Below, piece after piece: positions 61,198 through 64,000 of a DNA stretch of 64,000 nt (position 1 is its first letter; the number at the start of each line of letters is the position of its first letter). The stretch covers positions 1 to 64,000 of the IMG/VR virus record IMGVR_UViG_3300021976_000006; one strand, written 5' to 3'. Under the pieces are notes generated by a model. The model had not been told where the DNA came from. It was given only the letters and a program-made list of their open reading frames with translations, and did not search any database. The position numbers and the translations under genes were made by a program. Source of the DNA: a virus.

Positions 61198-61229
61198 CAA
61201 AGGTAAGTAAAATAATTGATAAATCCTAA
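61198..61229 (-). promoter_or_regulatory. Bacteroidota promoter
   Basis: TTAG-N20-TACCTTTG. Confidence 0.7.
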
Positions 61230-61241
61230 TAATATTGGATA

Positions 61242-61601
61242 TTATTTTACTTTATCTACAAATTTTTGTATCTCATTCATCATCCAAGTTAATAAATAAG
61301 CATGAGCTTCATCATTATCATTATCTGCTGGTATACCAACATGTTCCATTATATAATTAGTACAATGTAAACATTCATGTGCCCATATTCCCCAACTATT
61401 AATATTCTCAGGTCTCATAAATATATAAACACATCTATGATCTTTATAATAACCATTAAAGGCTAATGCTTTACAATCTAAATCTCTATCTGTAAAACTT
61501 AATTTAAGTTCTTTACCACTTTCATTAAAATCATCAGTAATAACTACTACTAATCTCTTTGGATAAAGAGGTATTTTCTTTATTAATTTATTCATGGACA
61601 T
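61242..61601 (-). CDS. Small zincin-like (HExxH) protein
   Basis: AHECLH...NDEAHAY. Confidence 0.7.
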   Translation of the reverse strand: MSMNKLIKKIPLYPKRLVVVITDDFNESGKELKLSFTDRDLDCKALAFNGYYKDHRCVYIFMRPENINSWGIWAHECLHCTNYIMEHVGIPADNDNDEAHAYLLTWMMNEIQKFVDKVK

Positions 61602-62163
61602 ATTTATAACCTTTTATGTGATTTACTTTAATTTCTTTTCCTTTAACTCTTTTAAAACCATTAATAGCATTCCTTAATCTTTCTGCTCTAAAACCTTCTT
61701 CTTCACAACAAATTCTAGAAGACTCATATTTAGCAACTATTTCATTTGTTTTTATATCAATTTTTAATATTGGTTTACATCTATATTTCTCAGGATTCTC
61801 TCTAATTCTTTTATTTATAGTTTCTTTATTAGATGAACCAGTAATATTTCCACCACCTCCAGATCCTATACAATCTTCAACATTTGTTAAACCACATATA
61901 TTTTTATATTTATTATAATAAAATTGTTCCCAATATTTCCATTCTTCAATAGGAACTTCATCTAATATAATTAATACTGGTTTTTGTCCTTTTGTTATTA
62001 AAGATCTTATCCAGTTATTTTTATGTGTTTTATATTGATCTTCATAATCATATTTAGAAATATGAATTGAATATCTATGTTTTGGATTATTAGCTTTACC
62101 TATATATCTAATATTTGAAATGTTATCAGGTTCTGATAGAGCATATATAAATGTTGTTTTCAT
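61588..62163 (-). mobile_element. GIY-YIG-like homing endonuclease with NUMOD1-like tail (start revised from 62271)
   Basis: FIYAL...RYIGK, EQFY; promoter directly before ATG 62163. Confidence 0.8.
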
Positions 62164-62167
62164 AATA

Positions 62168-62199
62168 CAAAGATACAAATAATATTTTATAAAAACAAA
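62168..62199 (-). promoter_or_regulatory. Bacteroidota promoter
   Basis: TTTG-N20-TATCTTTG, ATG 4 nt downstream. Confidence 0.8.
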
Positions 62200-62282
62200 T
62201 GTAGGGGGTACTTTTTTTAAAAATTTTAAAAAATATATGTGTTTAATGTCACCAGGAAGCCTGACAAACACTCCCCCTACAT
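62199..62282. repeat. Nested inverted repeats at the divergence point
   Basis: ATGTAGGGGG...CCCCCTACAT enclosing an AT palindrome and GTCA/TGAC, CAGG/CCTG stems. Confidence 0.65.
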
Positions 62283-62337
62283 AATTTCACATTGGTACAC
62301 GGGGTACTAATTCCTTTACACATTAAACAAAACTGCT

Positions 62338-62580
62338 ATGTATTCATTAAAAGTATTACACGTATCAAAATCAGCTAAATCAGCATTAGTAGAAGTAACT
62401 AAAGAGTTTGGTTTCTTAACATCTACTGTAGCTAGAGGCTTTATCAGGTTGAATAAAGAAACAACAGTTGGTGCTACTATGGAACTACCTGCTACTACTA
62501 AGGTATCAGAAAGAGTTCACACAGATACTAACAAAGACACTGGTGAAACAGCATCATTCACTTGGGTTGTACTAGATTAA
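62338..62580 (+). CDS. First early-type gene, small beta-rich protein
   Basis: ORF with its own terminator. Confidence 0.7.
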   Translation: MYSLKVLHVSKSAKSALVEVTKEFGFLTSTVARGFIRLNKETTVGATMELPATTKVSERVHTDTNKDTGETASFTWVVLD

Positions 62581-62590
62581 CACACAAATT

Positions 62591-62611
62591 GGCTCTTCAT
62601 TGAGCCTTTTT
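62591..62611 (+). terminator. Intrinsic terminator
   Basis: GGCTC-TTCATT-GAGCC followed by TTTTT. Confidence 0.7.
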
Positions 62612-62639
62612 GCTTATTTATCCACTTTAATACTTTACT

Positions 62640-62813
62640 ATGAAAGCTCAAAACATTATTGGCACTATTGGTGCTACAGAAAACACTCCAACAGTTGGTT
62701 CAGTTGATAAATCTATTCTTAAAAGAATGAAGAAATCAGCAGTTAAACCTATTGGTAGGACAGTTGGTTCATTTGGTTCATTAAGATTTATGAGTCATGT
62801 TCAAACTAAATAA
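62640..62813 (+). CDS. Small basic hypothetical protein (57 aa)
   Basis: Manual ORF MKAQNIIG... Confidence 0.5.
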   Translation: MKAQNIIGTIGATENTPTVGSVDKSILKRMKKSAVKPIGRTVGSFGSLRFMSHVQTK

Positions 62814-63217
62814 AAGAACTAAAAAACGTATCAAAAGAGATAAACAGGAAGCTTTAGAGCTATTCTTATTCCTTGATACTTACTGCTAATGCAGACAATA
62901 CTCCTAAGCATGAGTTATAAACTGCTTATTTACTTTATTAAGTAATTAAAGATATTAATCGAACATACGAAGTATGTGAAGATATTACATAGCAGTAATT
63001 AGACAACTAGTAGTAATGTAAATCTCATAGTTACCATAGGGTCGAGTAGTATTTACTATTAGTTGTTCTTAATACACTATTAAAACATGCAATTATAGTT
63101 GTAAAAGAGAGGTTTTTGTGTTTATCTTATTAGTTAGCTGATACACATTGCACATTAACTCTCTCTTTATTAAAAACCCAATTAACCTAATCATTAAAAC
63201 CAATTAATATAGCTATT

Positions 63218-63453
63218 ATGAACATTTCACTTGGAATACTACTAGTTATATTAGTAGTTTCAGCTATTGTAATATTAAACCTTTTAGTAGGTTTACACAA
63301 TAAAATACTAGATATTACAACTAAATTAGAGCAAATTGATAATAAACTTGATGAATTATGAATAGTATACCATCATCTCCATTTAATAAAAATGAATGGA
63401 CATTATTAGGAATAGCATTAATAGCATTCATTATACTATTATATAATCTATGA
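63218..63453 (+). CDS. Two small membrane peptides (63218-63361, 63358-63453)
   Basis: Single hydrophobic helices, ATGA coupling. Confidence 0.55.
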
Positions 63454-63539
63454 TAACTAAACTAAAAACATACGGTATAAAAGCATTTCAATTATACTAT
63501 AAATACTCCTATTTATTTAACAGATAAATCTAAACAACT

Positions 63540-63749
63540 ATGAAATTATTATTAATAGCCAATTGTATTTACTTACCATTTAATTTACCAAACAGTAAAT
63601 ATGTATCTGGAAGTATATCAGGAAATATATTCTTAAATGAAATATATACTATTGAAGAAATAAAAGAGAAGCATAAAGATAGTAATTATCCATTAATAGA
63701 ATGTGATGATTTACATGATTTATGTAAGAAATGGGGAACTAAACTTTAA
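63540..63749 (+). CDS. Hypothetical protein
   Basis: ORF with A-rich leader. Confidence 0.55.
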   Translation: MKLLLIANCIYLPFNLPNSKYVSGSISGNIFLNEIYTIEEIKEKHKDSNYPLIECDDLHDLCKKWGTKL

Positions 63750-63758
63750 ACTATAACT

Positions 63759-63935
63759 ATGAAAAAGATATTAATATTACTAACAATAGTAATAATGAGT
63801 TCCTGTACTAAGAGTATAGTAGAAGCTCCAGAACAACCTAAAACAGAACAAGTAAAAGATATTATAAGAGCTGAAACTCTAATGGTATCACCTGATTTTG
63901 TTAAAGGTACAGATAACAAACAACTAATTAAATAG
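63759..63935 (+). CDS. Small lipoprotein (58 aa, not in track)
   Basis: MKKILILLTIVIMSSC lipobox. Confidence 0.65.
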   Translation: MKKILILLTIVIMSSCTKSIVEAPEQPKTEQVKDIIRAETLMVSPDFVKGTDNKQLIK

Positions 63936-64000
63936 ATCATGAGTATATTAATATTTACAATAATACTAATAGCAGCAATAGCTATGTTAGCATTTGGTAC

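Noticed and set aside
61009-61200. 63 aa ORF in track
   Set aside because: Its TTG start lies inside the -7 promoter box; the region is better explained as structured RNA
62963-62977. N4-type vRNAP hairpin promoter (C-GAA-G)
   Set aside because: The GAA triloop is on the non-template strand for the + genes, and only one copy was seen
63746-63940. Minus-strand 64 aa ORF
   Set aside because: Antisense shadow of the + strand lipoprotein 63759-63935
1-64000. Stop-codon reassignment (TAG or TGA) known in some crAss-like phages
   Set aside because: All large genes are intact under the standard code, TAG and TGA act as real stops, and no suppressor tRNA was seen
1-64000. CRISPR array, DGR/reverse transcriptase, integrase, inteins
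   Set aside because: No spaced repeats or corresponding protein motifs were seen by eye

Overview
AT-rich 64 kb segment of a crAss-like (Crassvirales-type) podophage that probably infects a Bacteroidota host, using the standard genetic code. 1-12.5 kb (+): nucleotide metabolism and replication genes (class II RNR, dUTPase, DnaB, AAA ATPase, SSB-like protein, DnaG, RusA-like resolvase, 5'-3' exonuclease, GIY-YIG homing endonuclease, phosphoesterases, a secreted muramidase). 12.5-62.2 kb (-): virion module (terminase, portal, scaffold, major capsid, rings, hub, fibres and tailspikes, lysis cassette, muzzle, cargo proteins, and a 3946 aa virion RNA polymerase with a DFDID motif and a zincin motif), preceded by small genes and an atypical initiator tRNA. 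After about 62.3 kb (+): tiny early-type genes, probably just past the genome-end junction. Bacteroidota-type TTTG-N20-TAnnTTTG promoters mark middle and late transcription units. Best candidates for novelty: (i) a promoter-driven pseudoknotted RNA of about 175 nt at 61.0-61.2 kb; (ii) a multi-hairpin RNA with duplicated loops behind the tRNA; (iii) two unannotated Cys-cluster/collagen mini-proteins between the Cys-tailed hub and two tailspikes; (iv) a PL1 pectate-lyase homologue next to a fibre gene. All assignments come from reading motifs and synteny by eye; no searches were run.
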